A DNA stretch of 64,000 nt, from NCBI GenBank assembly GCA_045602025.1, contig JAZSAT010000023.1:21898-85897 (forward strand), read 5' to 3'. The stretch comes from Eubacteriales bacterium. Lineage in GTDB: Bacteria > Bacillota > Clostridia > Oscillospirales > SIG627. The position numbers and the translations under genes are program-made. Positions 37,516 to 44,942 of the stretch are shown here, piece by piece. Below the pieces are notes generated by a model that saw only the letters and a program-made list of their open reading frames with translations, made no database searches and was not told the DNA's origin. Numbering within the stretch: the first letter of the stretch is position 1; the number at the start of each line of letters is the position of its first letter.

Positions 37516-39546
37516 ATGAAAAAGCAGCTTCATCGCAGTATGATGCGTATTTTGTCATATCTTCTTTGCTTATTGCTTCTTTTTACCCAGTTTTCATTCA
37601 TCGCTTTTGCCGAAGAAACCAAAAACGGAACGGTGAATGGTTCTCTTGTTAATATTCGGACTGGCCCCAGTACTTCTCATAATAAGACAGGAATTCAATT
37701 GAATCCGGGAGATCCCGTTACTATTCTTGGCGAACATGCGGACGATGCCGGTGGATCAATTCCTTGGTATCAGATTTCTTTTACATACAATGGTTCACAG
37801 CAAAACGGCTATATTCGAAGCGATTTTGTAACGATCAATGCTCCCTCCAATGTTCCGGTTGTGGAAAACAAGGATTTTGAGGCTCAGCTTGCGGCCTTTC
37901 CCGAAAGCTATAAGGAGGCCTTAAGAGCCCTTCACGCCATCCACCCTTCCTGGAACTTTGAGGCTGTGGATACGGGCCTTGACTGGACCTTTGTTCAGGA
38001 AAAGGAAAACCGTCTCGGTTGGAGTTATATCAACGACGGTATTATTTCTCACTATTCGACAGCTCCCGGTTCCTACGATTGGGAAACAGATGTGTATGAT
38101 GTAAAAGAAGGCTCCAATTGGTATCAGGCGCACCCCGATGTGGTTGCTTACTATATGGATCCCCGCAATTTCTTAAACGAAAACGATCTTTTTCAGTTTG
38201 AAAAGCTCGCGTTTTCTTCTCCCACCCAAACGGAAGAAGCAATTGCTGCAATGCTTGTAGGAACCTTTATGGAAGGAAAGACTACTTCCAATAGCGAAGG
38301 AGCACAGATCTCCTATGCAAGAGCGTTTTTAGATGCCGCATCTCAGTATAATGTCAGTGCATTCCACTTGGTTACCCGCTGTATTCAGGAGGTGGGAAGA
38401 GCCGGTTCCGCCTGTGCTCACGGAACCTATCCCGGCTATGAAAACTTTTATAATTTCTTCAACATCGGTGCGCACAACGGAGCGGAAGCCGGAATGATCT
38501 ATGCAAGAGATCACGGCTGGAATACTCCCTATGCGGCAATCATGGCAGGAGGATCCTTTATCAGCTCCGACTATATTGCAAGAGGTCAGAATACTCCTTA
38601 TTTTCAAAAATATAATGTAATTGAAAAGCACAATGTTGCCGGTCATCAATATATGACCAATGTAGTTGCGGCTCTCAGCGAGGGGCGCATTCAGCGAAAG
38701 GGCTATGTTCAGAACGGTTTAATTGAAAGTGCATTTACCTTCCGCATTCCCTTCTTTTCGAATATGCCCGCAACTTGCCCGATGCCCGCTGCTGCGGGAA
38801 GTCCCAATAATTTTTTGAAGCATCTGGCGGTGGAAGGGTATTCTTTGACCCCCACCTTTGATTTCTATGACTCCTTGCGAAACGGCGTTTCCGATTATTC
38901 CCTTGTGATCGAGGGTGATGTTCCCACGGTAAATATTTCTGCCTTTGCCGTTAGCTCTTCTGCAAAGCTGATCGGAAATGTAGGAAATATTCCCATTGCA
39001 ACCGGAAAGAACGATGTACGCATTGTTTGTATTGCTGCAAACGGTGCTTCCAGAATATATACCATTCATATTGAGCTGAAGGGCCAGGGCTCGGCTGAAG
39101 GACCTCCCGAGGTTGATTTTACACCCGGTCCCGGCGGTTGGAATCCTCCCTATGCGATCCGTGGAACGAACCTTTCCGGCATTGCGCCCGGTACCGATTC
39201 CGGAGCGTTTTTGGCATCCCTCGGTGTTTACGGCTCTGCTTCGGCGAGCCTTACCGATGAAAACGGAAGTCCTGTTTCCGGTACGATGCGAACGGGAATG
39301 TATCTGAACTACTTTGACGGCAGCTATATGTCAAAGTATAGAATCGTCGTTTACGGTGATATTAACGGGGATTCTGTGATCGATGCCATTGATCTGCTTT
39401 TGATCCGAAAGAATTTGCTTGGGCTCACTACGCCTTCCGAAGCCTTCCGAGCAGCTTCCGATGTAAATCACGACGGTGCGGTTGATGCGATCGATCTCCT
39501 CCTTGTAAGGAAGCAATTGCTTGGACTTTATTCCATAACACAGTAA
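37516..39546 (+). CDS. Secreted peptidoglycan hydrolase: SH3b + glucosaminidase (LYZ2) + cadherin-like beta-sandwich + type-I dockerin
   Basis: It has a signal peptide. The SH3b domain reads GSLVNIRTGPS...WYQISF...GYIRSDFV. The glucosaminidase region reads FLDAASQYNVSAFHLVTRCIQE...YNFFNIGA...TPYFQKYNV. The cadherin-like module reads LKHLAVEGYSLTPTFD...IYTIHI. The duplicated dockerin segments are GDINGDSVIDAIDLLLIRKNLLG and DVNHDGAVDAIDLLLVRKQLLG. Confidence 0.85.
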   Translation: MKKQLHRSMMRILSYLLCLLLLFTQFSFIAFAEETKNGTVNGSLVNIRTGPSTSHNKTGIQLNPGDPVTILGEHADDAGGSIPWYQISFTYNGSQQNGYIRSDFVTINAPSNVPVVENKDFEAQLAAFPESYKEALRALHAIHPSWNFEAVDTGLDWTFVQEKENRLGWSYINDGIISHYSTAPGSYDWETDVYDVKEGSNWYQAHPDVVAYYMDPRNFLNENDLFQFEKLAFSSPTQTEEAIAAMLVGTFMEGKTTSNSEGAQISYARAFLDAASQYNVSAFHLVTRCIQEVGRAGSACAHGTYPGYENFYNFFNIGAHNGAEAGMIYARDHGWNTPYAAIMAGGSFISSDYIARGQNTPYFQKYNVIEKHNVAGHQYMTNVVAALSEGRIQRKGYVQNGLIESAFTFRIPFFSNMPATCPMPAAAGSPNNFLKHLAVEGYSLTPTFDFYDSLRNGVSDYSLVIEGDVPTVNISAFAVSSSAKLIGNVGNIPIATGKNDVRIVCIAANGASRIYTIHIELKGQGSAEGPPEVDFTPGPGGWNPPYAIRGTNLSGIAPGTDSGAFLASLGVYGSASASLTDENGSPVSGTMRTGMYLNYFDGSYMSKYRIVVYGDINGDSVIDAIDLLLIRKNLLGLTTPSEAFRAASDVNHDGAVDAIDLLLVRKQLLGLYSITQ

Positions 39547-39559
39547 AAGAGGTGTTACA

Positions 39560-41164
39560 ATGAAATTTAAGAAGATCATATCTGTTTTTCTTGCAGCAGC
39601 AGTGACCTTGTCCTTGCTTACTCTTTGTGTGTCTGCTGCCTCTGCAAGCTTTTCACTTTCCGGCCCCGGTTCTGTAACCGTAGGAAGCCAAGTGAAGGTT
39701 ACGGTGAGCCTGAAGGGATCGGAAAAGATCGGTTCTTGGAGATTTTCTTTGAATTACGACCCTGCCGCTCTTGAATATGTTTCCGGAGCAGATAGCGGCG
39801 GTGGCGGTGCGGTCCTGTTCGCGGATTCCAGTGACGGCGTCTCATCCTTGTCCAAAACGGTCGTTTTCCGTGCAAGAAGAATCGGATCGGTAACGGTTTC
39901 AGTGGGCGGGGCACAGGTTGTAGGCTTTGATTCTGCTTCCAATATGGGCGCAAATGCTCCTTCTAAAAAGATCAATATCGTAGCAGCACCTACCTTATCT
40001 GCAGAGAACAATCTTTCTGCTCTCACCATAGCAGAGGGAGCGTTTGAACCTGCGTTCGATGCAAAAAATACCTCCTACACAATGACGGTACCGTTTGAGG
40101 TAGCAGCCCTTACGGTTTCCGCTACCCCCAAGGACGGCAAGGCAAGCGTTGCCGTGACCGGAGCAGAAGCCCTTGTAGTAGGTGAAAATAAGGTAAATGT
40201 TACCGTAACTGCCGAAAACGGAAAAGCAAAGACTTATACCGTTACCGTAATCAGGCAGGAGTCTGAGCTTGCAGGTGTGACTGCGGAGGTTGGCGGAACA
40301 ACTTATTCGGTTGCTTACGATCCTGCTACCTTGCAGATTCCTGTAGGCTTTACACCCTCTACCGCACAGCTTGGTGAAAAGAAGATCCTTACCTATACTT
40401 CTCCTAAGGAGTCGGTATCCATTGCATACCTTTATACAGAAAGTGACGGCGCGTGGTATGTATTCGATCAGGAAGGACAGAACTTTAAAACCTTCCAGAC
40501 CTTGACCGGTGCAGCAAATACAGTTGTGGTCCTGGAGCCGAAGAAAAATGTTGAGATCCCCAAAGGCTTTATTCCGAAAAGCATTACAGTAGGGGAGCAA
40601 GCTTTCCCCGGTTATCAGGCTTCTAACTCCGAAGATGCAAAAATGTATCTTGTTTACGGAATGGCTTCTGACGGAACCGTTGGCTTTTTCTTCTATGATG
40701 CAACCTACAACACCTTTACTTCCTACTTCGTTCCCGAAGATCCGGAGCAAAAGGATGCAGTCAAAGAAGCAATGGCTCTTTCCAATCTTTTGGATGATTC
40801 TGAAAAGAAAGCGGACCGAATGGAGATTATTGCTCTTGCGGTGGGAGTTTTGGCCGCGCTGCTGTTGATCGGTTTGATCATTTCTCTTGCAACGAGAAAG
40901 AAGAGTAAGAAATCAGAGCCGGATGAAAGAATCAGTTCGGTTTCTGAACAGGGAGAATCCGACGAACCTGATCTTTTTAAAGCTTTGGAAGAAGAAAGAC
41001 AAGTAAAAGAAATGCTTGACAAGTCCTTGGATGAAGACGATGTCGGCCTTGTTTTTGAAGAGAAAAATGAAACGGAAGAAACCATCGGTGATCTTCCCAT
41101 ACAAAAGAAAAAGATCCGCAAAGCAAAAAGAACATTTTCGGAAATTGGAAAAAAGGATGAATAA
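39560..41164 (+). CDS. Membrane-anchored cohesin-domain protein (cohesin + cadherin-like module + unknown domain + TM + charged cytoplasmic tail)
   Basis: It has a signal peptide. The cohesin-like segment is FSLSGPGSVTVGSQVKVTVSLKGSEKIGSWRFSLNYDPAALEYVSG. The cadherin-like module is NNLSALTIAEGAFEPAFDAKNTSYTMTV...KTYTVTVIR. The TM is IIALAVGVLAALLLIGLIISLA, followed by a ~90-aa E/D/K-rich tail. The gene starts 13 nt after the hydrolase stop. Confidence 0.75.
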   Translation: MKFKKIISVFLAAAVTLSLLTLCVSAASASFSLSGPGSVTVGSQVKVTVSLKGSEKIGSWRFSLNYDPAALEYVSGADSGGGGAVLFADSSDGVSSLSKTVVFRARRIGSVTVSVGGAQVVGFDSASNMGANAPSKKINIVAAPTLSAENNLSALTIAEGAFEPAFDAKNTSYTMTVPFEVAALTVSATPKDGKASVAVTGAEALVVGENKVNVTVTAENGKAKTYTVTVIRQESELAGVTAEVGGTTYSVAYDPATLQIPVGFTPSTAQLGEKKILTYTSPKESVSIAYLYTESDGAWYVFDQEGQNFKTFQTLTGAANTVVVLEPKKNVEIPKGFIPKSITVGEQAFPGYQASNSEDAKMYLVYGMASDGTVGFFFYDATYNTFTSYFVPEDPEQKDAVKEAMALSNLLDDSEKKADRMEIIALAVGVLAALLLIGLIISLATRKKSKKSEPDERISSVSEQGESDEPDLFKALEEERQVKEMLDKSLDEDDVGLVFEEKNETEETIGDLPIQKKKIRKAKRTFSEIGKKDE

Positions 41165-41175
41165 ATAAAAGAAAG

Positions 41176-41209
41176 GGAGCACCGAAATCATATCGGTGTT
41201 CCTTTTTTT
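41176..41209 (+). terminator. Intrinsic terminator after the cohesin gene
   Basis: ggagcaccga (41176-41185) pairs with tcggtgttcc (41193-41202), followed by ttttttt. Confidence 0.7.
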
Positions 41210-41251
41210 GAAAAAAGATGAAAAAAAGAATAAAAAAATCGAAAAAACCTC

Positions 41252-41280
41252 TTGACAAGTTCGTTTTTTGATGCTATTAT
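41252..41280 (+). promoter_or_regulatory. Sigma-A type promoter of the tRNA operon
   Basis: TTGACA (41252-41257), a 17-nt spacer and TATTAT (41275-41280), 25 nt before the first tRNA. Confidence 0.6.
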
Positions 41281-41305
41281 AACAGGGTCGCAGCGAGAGG
41301 GATTT

Positions 41306-41381
41306 GCCTCTGTAGCTCAGTTGGTAGAGCAGGGGACTGAAAATCCCCGTGTCGTTGGTTCGATTCCGACCGGAGGCACCA
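41306..41381 (+). tRNA. tRNA-Phe (anticodon GAA), CCA encoded
   Basis: I folded the cloverleaf by hand. The acceptor stem is gcctctg/cggaggc, the anticodon loop is ctGAAaa and the T-loop is ttcgatt. Confidence 0.9.
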
Positions 41382-41400
41382 CTTACTGCAAATACAATTT

Positions 41401-41476
41401 GCGGATTTAGCTCATTTGGTAGAGCGCGACCTTGCCAAGGTCGAGGTGGCGGGTTCGAGCCCCGTAATCCGCTCCA
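41401..41476 (+). tRNA. tRNA-Gly (anticodon GCC), CCA encoded
   Basis: The acceptor stem is gcggatt/aatccgc, the anticodon stem-loop is cgacc-ttGCCaa-ggtcg and the T-loop is ttcgagc. Confidence 0.9.
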
Positions 41477-41479
41477 CAT

Positions 41480-41555
41480 GGAAGCTTAGCTCAGCTGGGA
41501 GAGCATCTGCCTTACAAGCAGAGGGTCATAGGTTCGAGCCCTATAGTTTCCACCA
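41480..41555 (+). tRNA. tRNA-Val (anticodon TAC), CCA encoded
   Basis: The acceptor stem is ggaagct/agtttcc, the anticodon stem-loop is tctgc-ctTACaa-gcaga and the T-loop is ttcgagc. Confidence 0.9.
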
Positions 41556-41594
41556 CATTGCTCGGATCGATTTTCGTTCCGAGCAATTATAAAC

Positions 41595-41671
41595 GGCCTG
41601 GTAGTTCAGTTGGTTAGAACGCTAGCCTGTCACGCTAGAGGTCAGGGGTTCGAGCCCCCTTCAGGTCGCCA
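41595..41671 (+). tRNA. tRNA-Asp (anticodon GTC), CCA encoded
   Basis: The anticodon stem-loop is ctagc-ctGTCac-gctag, the D-loop is agttggttaga and the T-loop is ttcgagc. Confidence 0.9.
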
Positions 41672-41676
41672 TTCTC

Positions 41677-41752
<76 letters not shown>

Positions 41753-41755
41753 GAA

Positions 41756-41792
41756 AAAGAAAAGCAAGTCGAAAGACTTGCTTTTCTTTTTG
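41756..41792 (+). terminator. Intrinsic terminator of the tRNA operon
   Basis: aaaagcaagtc-gaaa-gacttgctttt is an 11-bp stem with a GNRA loop, followed by cttttt. Confidence 0.8.
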
Positions 41793-41940
41793 GGTTTGTG
41801 TCCGCAAGGACACAACATCATTTGACCTTTTGGACAACATCATTTTTGCGAAGCAAAATCATCATTCCGCCTTGGCGGATAAAAAAAGAGGTTGCACTTT
41901 GCACAAACGATGTTGCGAACTTGTCGCAAATAAAGGTAAA

Positions 41941-41970
41941 AATAAGCCGTGATTTTCACGGCTTATTTTT
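41941..41970. terminator. Hairpin overlapping the XRE gene stop codon (probable terminator)
   Basis: aataagccgtg (41941-41951) pairs with cacggcttatt (57-67 of the same line), with a T-run on the plus side and a weaker one on the minus side. Confidence 0.5.
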
Positions 41971-42178
41971 GTATCTTGGGATTATCGGTCTGATCCAAAA
42001 GATAATCTATACTAACATCATAGTATTTTGAAAGTTTAATCAAAACCTCTGCAGTTAGAGCAATGACTCCTGTTTCATATTGGGAATATGTGTTTTGTGA
42101 TACATTCAATACTTTTGCCAAGTCTTTTTGTTTGATATCCCGATCTTCCCGAATGGCTTTTAAATTTTTAAATTGCAT
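41963..42178 (-). CDS. XRE-family helix-turn-helix transcriptional regulator (71 aa)
   Basis: MQFKNLKAIREDRDIKQKDLAKVLNVSQNTYSQYETGVIALTAEVLIKLSKYYDVSIDYLL is a classic HTH_3. The gaggtg SD lies 6 nt before ATG 42178. Confidence 0.85.
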   Translation of the reverse strand: MQFKNLKAIREDRDIKQKDLAKVLNVSQNTYSQYETGVIALTAEVLIKLSKYYDVSIDYLLDQTDNPKIQK

Positions 42179-42204
42179 AATCATCACCTCGGTTTTATTA
42201 TGCA

Positions 42205-42251
42205 ATATCTGTAATAAAGATATTGAAATTTATCTGTAATGCAGATATAAT
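42205..42251 (+). promoter_or_regulatory. Two operator-like palindromes overlapping a sigma-A promoter for the 64-aa membrane peptide
   Basis: IR1 is atatct-gtaataa-agatat (42205-42223). IR2 is tatctg-taatg-cagata (42231-42247). Both share the core atctgtaat. The promoter is TTGAAA (42223-42228), 17 nt, then TATAAT (42246-42251). Confidence 0.5.
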
Positions 42252-42271
42252 CATCAAAAGGGGGTGATTTT

Positions 42272-42466
42272 ATGCTTATTCCTGTTTTAATCGGACTTGT
42301 TGCCGGTATAATCATTTATTTTGTTTCTTTGGCTGCAAAATCTGCAAAAGAGAAGGGTTCTCGTGGAATTTATGTTGCAATTATTGTTCTTTTTACCATA
42401 ATTGTTGTTGCATTGCTTGCTCCTTTTGTTCCGATAATTGTTTCATATTTTTTATCTGTGTTTTGA
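42272..42466 (+). CDS. 64-aa two-TM membrane peptide
   Basis: MLIPVLIGLVAGIIIYFVSLAAKSAKEKGSRGIYVAIIVLFTIIVVALLAPFVPIIVSYFLSVF. It has a ggggtg SD and is divergent from the XRE gene. Confidence 0.55.
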   Translation: MLIPVLIGLVAGIIIYFVSLAAKSAKEKGSRGIYVAIIVLFTIIVVALLAPFVPIIVSYFLSVF

Positions 42467-42474
42467 ATATTTTT

Positions 42475-42510
42475 GAAAAAGAACGAAGTGATCGCTTCGT
42501 TCTTTTTTTT
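42475..42510. terminator. Bidirectional terminator
   Basis: gaacgaag-tgatc-gcttcgttc has A-runs upstream and tttttttt downstream. Confidence 0.7.
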
Positions 42511-42522
42511 GCGAAGGGAAAT

Positions 42523-42918
42523 TTATCCAATTTGAACGATCATCAGATGTGCTGAAACAGGCCGCGTTCCTCCTGCAAGAGGAGTGATCGTTAATGCAGT
42601 AGCGTTACTTGATGGGTTGCGAACCGTTAAAATAGAGTCTGTAGCGGTTGTTGTTACAATAGCCATACCTGTAATTTGTGACGCACCGGTCGCTCTGCCG
42701 ACTACCGTATATGCCAAATCCTCTCCGTTCAAGGTCAACATCAATTGACCGGCCTCATCTACACCTACCTCAAACAGGATCTGATAGGTTCCGATCTGTG
42801 CCAGATTAACTTCACCCGCAGGGCCTTGGGGCCCAACAGGACCTACTTCACCTGCAGGACCCTGTGGCCCAACAGGACCAACATCGGACAGGAGGGGCAC
42901 TATAAGAGTAGCAATCAA
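42523..42918 (-). CDS. Short collagen-like protein with a BclA-type C-terminal (C1q/TNF-like) domain; possibly a 5'-truncated remnant
   Basis: Eight GXY triplets (GPVGPQGPAGEV x2) are followed by YQILFEVGVDEAGQLMLTLNGEDL...ILTVRNPSSNATALTITPLAGGTRPVSAHLMIVQIG, which resembles exosporium BclA C-terminal domains. The only start is TTG, without an SD. An in-frame stop lies 5 codons upstream. Confidence 0.55.
   Translation of the reverse strand: MIATLIVPLLSDVGPVGPQGPAGEVGPVGPQGPAGEVNLAQIGTYQILFEVGVDEAGQLMLTLNGEDLAYTVVGRATGASQITGMAIVTTTATDSILTVRNPSSNATALTITPLAGGTRPVSAHLMIVQIG
42808..42879 (-). repeat. 2 x 36-bp tandem repeat encoding GPVGPQGPAGEV
   Basis: The units 42808-42843 and 42844-42879 differ at about 7 of 36 positions. 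Confidence 0.85.
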
Positions 42919-43135
42919 AAAATTGTTATTTTGTTAATCGGCTGATAAGGTGACTGTTGCAAAAAGAATAGATGGAAAAACGAAGGATCTCTTTTTGCGA
43001 TGCGATTTATAAAGATTTTATATGAAAATTCTACAAATTGAAAACGCGAAAAACCTGTTTTTAAAATTCTTATTTGTTTTGAGTTTTATTTCTGAAAGCA
43101 TTTGCTGAAATTTGATATAAATCCTTTGGTATTCC

Positions 43136-43164
43136 TTGACATTGCCTTGCCGGTACTATATAAT
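43136..43164 (+). promoter_or_regulatory. Consensus sigma-A promoter for the Wzy_C / transpeptidase / giant-protein operon
   Basis: TTGACA (43136-43141), a 17-nt spacer and TATAAT (43159-43164). Confidence 0.6.
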
Positions 43165-43255
43165 AATAGATGTATATTTGTGTAAATTGGATAGCTTTTT
43201 TTAAATCAAATATTAGGATTCGATTTGTACTGTTTTCGATTGTTTTGGAGTTTTT

Positions 43256-44941
43256 ATGAAGGTATGGGATGAAATCAAAAAGATTTCCTTTGCAGAGTAT
43301 GCTTTGTTTGCGGCACTGTTTTTTGTAGGGATCTTTCATGTATATCTGTCTTGTATTTTATCGATTGTTCTTTTGATACGCCTTTTTATTTGTTATCGAA
43401 AAAAACACTTTTTCTTGATCCGGAGAGATTGGACGTTTATTTCCGTTGTTGTTTTGGTTTTTTCATACGCCTTGGTTTCTCTGTGGGCGATCGATAAGGG
43501 AATTGCGATCTTTGGCTTTTTCAAATTTCTTCCGTTGCTTCTTTATCTTTTGGTTTTGATGCAGGAGGAGGGAAGCAAAGAAAAGGTCATCGCCCATCTT
43601 CCTTATCTTGTTACGGTTATGACGCTGATCTCGGTTTTTTGCATGCAAATTTCCGTTCTGCAACCTTATTTTGCCGTTTCCGGGCGATTGAGCGGTTTTG
43701 TGCAGTACCCCAATACCTTTGCCGTGATTTTGCTTGTTTCCGAGCTTATACTGCTGACCAAAGAGAAAATACAGGTCGTTGACTATATTTGTATTACGGT
43801 TCTTATTTTCGGTATTCTTTATACCGGTAGCCGTACGGTTCTGATCCTTGCAGCGGTCATGAATTTGATTGCCCTTATTTTCAGCAAAAACAAAACGCTT
43901 CGCTGGATCATCTTTGGATGTATCGGTGTCGGCATCGTGCTTGTTTTGGCATATTGCTTCATAATGGATGATTTTCATATCCTTACCCGTTATCTTAAGA
44001 TCTCTCTTTCTCAAAGTACCTTTGTAGGCCGAATGCTTTATACAAAGGATGCCATTCCGGTGGTTCTTCAGAATCCCTTCGGAATCGGATATATGGGATA
44101 TTATTTCATTCAGCAGAGCATTCAGACCGGCGTATATTCCATTATGTTTGCGCATAATGACATCATCCAGATCTTGGTAGATGTTGGCTGGATCCCTTGT
44201 CTTGTATTTTTGTTTGCGGCTTTTAAAACGGTTTTCAATAAAAAAGCACTTTTCAGAGACAAACTGGTTTTATTAACGATTCTGATCCACTCTGTCTTCG
44301 ATTTTGACCTGCAGTACATCGCGGTATTTATGATGCTTCTCTTGTTTATGGATCCCGGTGCCGCGAAGACCATCAAGATCAAAAGCAGCCCTTTGACGGT
44401 TTACGGTACGATTGCAGCCATTATGTGTCTTTGTGCATATTTCGGAACGGTTCAGGCACTTACTCGTTTTGAGTTGCACGACGCGGCCTCTGCACTTTAT
44501 CCCTTCAATACTACAAGCGATATCGAACGGATCAAAGAAACAAAAACAACTGCCGAAGCAGAGGAAATCGCTGACCGGATATTAAAACGAAATTCCTATG
44601 TTTCTTTAACCTACAGTGTGAAGGCGCGTTCCGCTTATGAAAAAGGGGATTTTGCCAAGGTGATTGAATATAAAAAGAAGTGCTTTGACAAAGCGCCCTT
44701 TTCCCATGCTGAGTACTGGGAGTACGGAACCATGCTTGTCAACGGCATTAAACTGTACGAGCAGGCGGGAGATAAAGACAGTGCAGAATACTGCCGAAAG
44801 GAGCTTTCCGCACTTGTACTTGCTGTGCGTGGTCAAAAAGACCGTCTCAGCTCTCTCGGTGCAAAAATCGAGCAACAACCCAGGGTATATTTCCCGAAAG
44901 ATCTCTATGAAGAAATGGAAGCATTGGGGGTGAAGGGTTGA
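43256..44941 (+). CDS. O-antigen-ligase/polymerase-like (Wzy_C family) polytopic membrane protein with a C-terminal TPR-like domain
   Basis: It has about 12 TMs with the central segment YTGSRTVLILAAVMNLIALIF and a periplasmic-type loop. The ~170-aa helical C-terminal domain includes YSVKARSAYEKGDFAKVIEYKKKCFDKAP. Confidence 0.65.
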   Translation: MKVWDEIKKISFAEYALFAALFFVGIFHVYLSCILSIVLLIRLFICYRKKHFFLIRRDWTFISVVVLVFSYALVSLWAIDKGIAIFGFFKFLPLLLYLLVLMQEEGSKEKVIAHLPYLVTVMTLISVFCMQISVLQPYFAVSGRLSGFVQYPNTFAVILLVSELILLTKEKIQVVDYICITVLIFGILYTGSRTVLILAAVMNLIALIFSKNKTLRWIIFGCIGVGIVLVLAYCFIMDDFHILTRYLKISLSQSTFVGRMLYTKDAIPVVLQNPFGIGYMGYYFIQQSIQTGVYSIMFAHNDIIQILVDVGWIPCLVFLFAAFKTVFNKKALFRDKLVLLTILIHSVFDFDLQYIAVFMMLLLFMDPGAAKTIKIKSSPLTVYGTIAAIMCLCAYFGTVQALTRFELHDAASALYPFNTTSDIERIKETKTTAEAEEIADRILKRNSYVSLTYSVKARSAYEKGDFAKVIEYKKKCFDKAPFSHAEYWEYGTMLVNGIKLYEQAGDKDSAEYCRKELSALVLAVRGQKDRLSSLGAKIEQQPRVYFPKDLYEEMEALGVKG

Positions 44942-44942
44942 T

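Noticed and set aside
39995-40750. A 251-aa ORF on the minus strand inside the cohesin gene.
   Set aside because: It is an antisense shadow of a gene with a clear signal peptide, domains and TM. It has no SD.
41909-41932. A 7-codon ORF (MLRTCRK) in the post-tRNA spacer.
   Set aside because: The nearest SD-like motif is ~17 nt away. The sequence is better explained as part of the ttgcga/tcgcaa hairpin.
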